Origin: Lingula anatina
Lineage: Eukaryota > Animalia > Brachiopoda
Length of the DNA stretch: 64,000 bases
Assembly (NCBI GenBank): GCA_051362555.1
Contig: CM120648.1
Coordinates: 15,062,587 to 15,126,586 of the forward strand
Direction: 5' to 3'
Shown here in pieces: positions 60,677 through 64,000 of the stretch. Every line of letters starts with the position of its first letter. The stretch's first letter is position 1. Under the pieces are notes generated by a model. That model was not told where the DNA came from and searched no databases. It saw only the letters and a list, made by a program, of their open reading frames with translations. The translations under genes and the position numbers were made by a program.

Positions 60677-62197
60677 CAGTTACTAAATGTAATTCGTTGC
60701 AAACAATAGTGATAAGGACTAGGCCAACTATCTTTAGCAGGTTTATAACAAAATCGCATACAGTGTGCCGTGTTTTTTAACAATCGAAAACTTGGCAGTT
60801 GTCCATTAAATAAATATCATATATTGTTTGAATGTTTTCAGTCGGGTTTATTGGGAATAAATGCATCCAGTACCAAAACATTTATAGCCAAATTAAAGGT
60901 TGCATGTTACCACATTCCTGAGAAGTTATAAGAAAAATGAGCAAAGCAACGACCTCCATCATTTATTGCCTTCACAAGCAAAATATGCAAGAAGTCGTGG
61001 ACGTATTATCATGCTTAGGTAGTTAATTTTATCTTGGCCCAAACACATACTATATGTTTTAGAATGTTAGACCTTGTTTAATTATTTTTTTACACTGTGA
61101 AGGCCCGGCCAAAATCTATCGCTACTTTGATCACCATACATTGTATGTCCCACACTTGATTTCTACTAAGCCAAAAAGGGGAGTAGAAAAAACAGCGAAG
61201 TTTTAACTAAATACTTTTAACTAAATACTCTAAAAAAACAATCATGTTCGTCCTTAATATTGGGAACATTTGATATGGACATTCCATGATACAAAACTCC
61301 AATTTCTGCTTGAAAGAAGCCCCAAATTTATTCTCACCAATAACAATGTTACTCTTTTCGATTAAATGTATGCTCATTGAGCGGGTGTTTGCTTTTTGCT
61401 CACGTGCAGCTTACATTAAAATGATGATTTCTTTGACAGATATATATTTTGTGAGACCTTATTTGTATATGTAGGACGGATAGGTACGACGAAAGACTAT
61501 CGTTTTCCTCATTCAACTTTAACGTATTGTTTAACTGTGTTAAACGAAAGAGAAGGAAAATGAGATCACCTCTTTTTTTATGCTACTAAAAGCTTTTATT
61601 AGTATGGTCGATCGACACGAACAAAGCACGCATGTGACAAGCAATAAAATAGAATGTTGAGCCGGTAGATTGTATTTGACTTATTCTTAGATTTTGCATC
61701 GAAATGCGATTTTTTAAGGTACATTAATATTGTTCAATCAGTCGGCCAATAAATTTCAACACTAAACAATTTAAGCATGAACAAAAGCCAATCGCAAAGA
61801 GACGGTTGATTGGCGACATTCAAATATAAAATGAGAACATCGGGGTGGGTAAGCAGTGGTAATGTTACACAACAAAGCTTAATATGGTTGCTACTTCTGT
61901 CTGTTAAGATAACTTTTCATTATATCACACACCAAAGTTCAGTGAGCATCTTCAGAGCGTTTGATCTGTTGATATAGTCATCGATTATCTCCATAGATTT
62001 TAAAATCAAATTATTATTCAAAATCACACAAACAGTGAACCTAATAACATGGATATTTTTGTTCCCGTGGATGTGTTTGGGTTTCAGATTGTTTATCCAG
62101 TCGGGATATTCATCCAAGCGGGACAAAAGGTTGTTTCCATGGTGCTTGACATATGTAACCGGGAAACTGATCACAAGGTCTGTCTACATAACTGATA

Positions 62198-64000
62198 TTA
62201 CGTACATATACAGTTATAACTTCCTTCCACGTTCACACAGTCAGCATATCGTCCACATAAGTCCTTGTCTAAGCACTCCGCAATTTCTGAAATTAATCGA
62301 TTTCAAGTTTATTCTTTGGACATAACATGAAGTGTCCAAAATTTTAAACAGTGTAATGTCTATGTTGTATTTGTCTTTTCTGTATCATGTTATATCTAAA
62401 AGTGCTGTACGTATTAAATTGTATTTCGGAAAACTATCACGACAATGTAATAGCAATTTATGTTGATGGTAGAGTTGGTGACTCATTTTAGTAACACTTC
62501 ATTTGTGCGAGATGTTGAGTTAATGGTGATTCATCTGCAATTACATGCTGCGTTAAAAAAGATGTACTATCGATTGTGAAATATATTTGCAGCGTTGTTA
62601 TATAAGGTAAGTTGGACAGAGTTAGTTCGCAATCACCCAAGGTCGCTTAGGGATCTACCTACACATAATCCATTATCATCGTTTTCGTAGCCCCGAGGGC
62701 ATATACATTTCCATTTGCTTCCTGAGCAGATGCAGGGAAGTCCACCACATTGGGAACACGGCATGGCCGGTTCTGAAAGGTTGTAAAAGAATTTAAGTTT
62801 CGCGAAAGAAAGGGACAAACCCGGTTTGTTACATAAAAACGTTGAACATGGTATAACATAAACATCAATTCTGATATTTTAAACAATTTTTTTTCATTGA
62901 CAAAATTTGTACCTGACATTTTCGTCCAATCGGTGTTATTTATCCTCACATCACATGCACGGCATGCTTCGTTCACAGGGTCCGTCTCTCCGTCTTCATA
63001 ACAATAGCCGTTAATCAGGCAGGCGTCAGACTGAAATAAAGGGATCCAATGGTTCAATGTTAGGTAAACAGTTGCATTTGCACATAAAAATGTAGTAATA
63101 TTTTTCTGGAATTGTGTTAGGTCATAGAGCGTTATCTCGTCAGCGTACTGAACCAAATTAACCTTGCGTAGTATACATACCGCAACCAACATCTAATGAG
63201 TCATGAAATCTAAAGTGAAACATTTAAAGATATATTTTGTTTCTTTATGATGATATCACCGTCTTTACTATGGAAGAATAAGAATCATGTATACCATTAT
63301 TTTAAAATACCTTAATGACGCAAGAATGATTCTGACAGTTCACGCAATGAGAATCAAAAATAGTCACTCTGGTGGAGTTTACAGAGAAGTTATGTCCATC
63401 ATTGCTAATTTGAAGATCAAAACTTTGAACTGGCGTTCCCACAGCTGTTGTTTCGACCAGCGGTGTATCAATGGGTTGTTTTGGTAACGGACAGATCATC
63501 TCTGCATATGAAAGTAATTTTGCGAATGTTGTGTACGTGTCCGCCACATCGATACGTCGTCCCGCCGTAAGGTTCACCTGTGAATTATCAGTTTAAATTA
63601 GTTTTATATAACTTGAGGAATAGATCTGATTAAGGAAACACCTCTAAGTTACGAGGTCTTAATTGCAGATAACAAAGTGTGAGTCTTTATTTTATCCATA
63701 TCTACGAAACACTGCCTCCGGTGAATAATTATTTTCATACCGAATTTGAACTAAGATATATCCTTTTACGAAGGGCTATCCCTACCTTATGCATTATAAA
63801 TCTACAGGAGACGTTGGTGCCGTCAGCAATGTTAGATGCGCGCAAAGTCATTGCTTCACATCTCCGAGTACGAATGTCACATACGCCGGCCCCATCAATA
63901 TCCACCACTTCCGGTGCTCGATTTGCGTCGACAGAGCAATCTACGGCGGTAAATCCAGGATAGCATCTACATTCACCATCTTCACATGTTCCTTTACCGC
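62198..64000 (-). CDS. VWDE: VWDE-like gene A, 3' end; exons 63786->64000, 63311-63577, 62913-63030, 62659-62772, 62198-62286
   Basis: Phase-consistent GT-AG exons encoding GKGTCEDGECRCYPGFTAVDCSVD...GVCDIRTRRC; AEMICPLP...ISNDGHNFS...IFDSHCVNC; DACLINGYCYEDGETDP...CRACD; an EGF (CKCICPRGY-type, read as KWKCICPRGYENDDNGLC); and a cbEGF (EIAECLDKDLCGRYADCVNVEGSYNCIC) followed by TAA. Confidence 0.88.

Noticed and set aside
55260-62286. Genes A and B as one giant repeated protein
   Set aside because: B has its own ATG and signal peptide, A has a stop, and no phase-compatible linking exon was found.

Overview
AT-rich eukaryotic (metazoan, probably marine invertebrate) genomic DNA; no rRNA, tRNA or CRISPR signal was seen. 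The backbone is two tandem, intron-rich VWDE-like genes on the minus strand. Gene A contributes its 3' end (five exons, 62198->64000; EGF and cbEGF tail). Gene B contributes its 5' part (nine phase-consistent coding exons, 55260->9428; signal peptide, D8C/UMOD-like Cys domain, VWD domain) and probably continues past the left edge. The introns are packed with mostly decayed and often nested transposons: a split-direct-repeat DIRS-order element, an intron-containing Ginger integrase, a Penelope fragment, Rex1/Babar and L1/Tx1 LINE relics, a P-superfamily element, two Helentron-like elements carrying a ~145-bp satellite, TTAA (Kolobok-like) MITEs, Academ- and Harbinger-like elements, a solo LTR and six old Tc1 relics. 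The most notable observations are: a 29-bp P-type excision footprint matching a full-length element 22 kb away; repeated insertion at the same TTAA of satellite monomers; an internal circle-junction copy in the DIRS-order element; and DR1 motif arrays carried by the satellite. I did not find a clearly new gene system. All family calls come from motifs read by eye, not from database searches.
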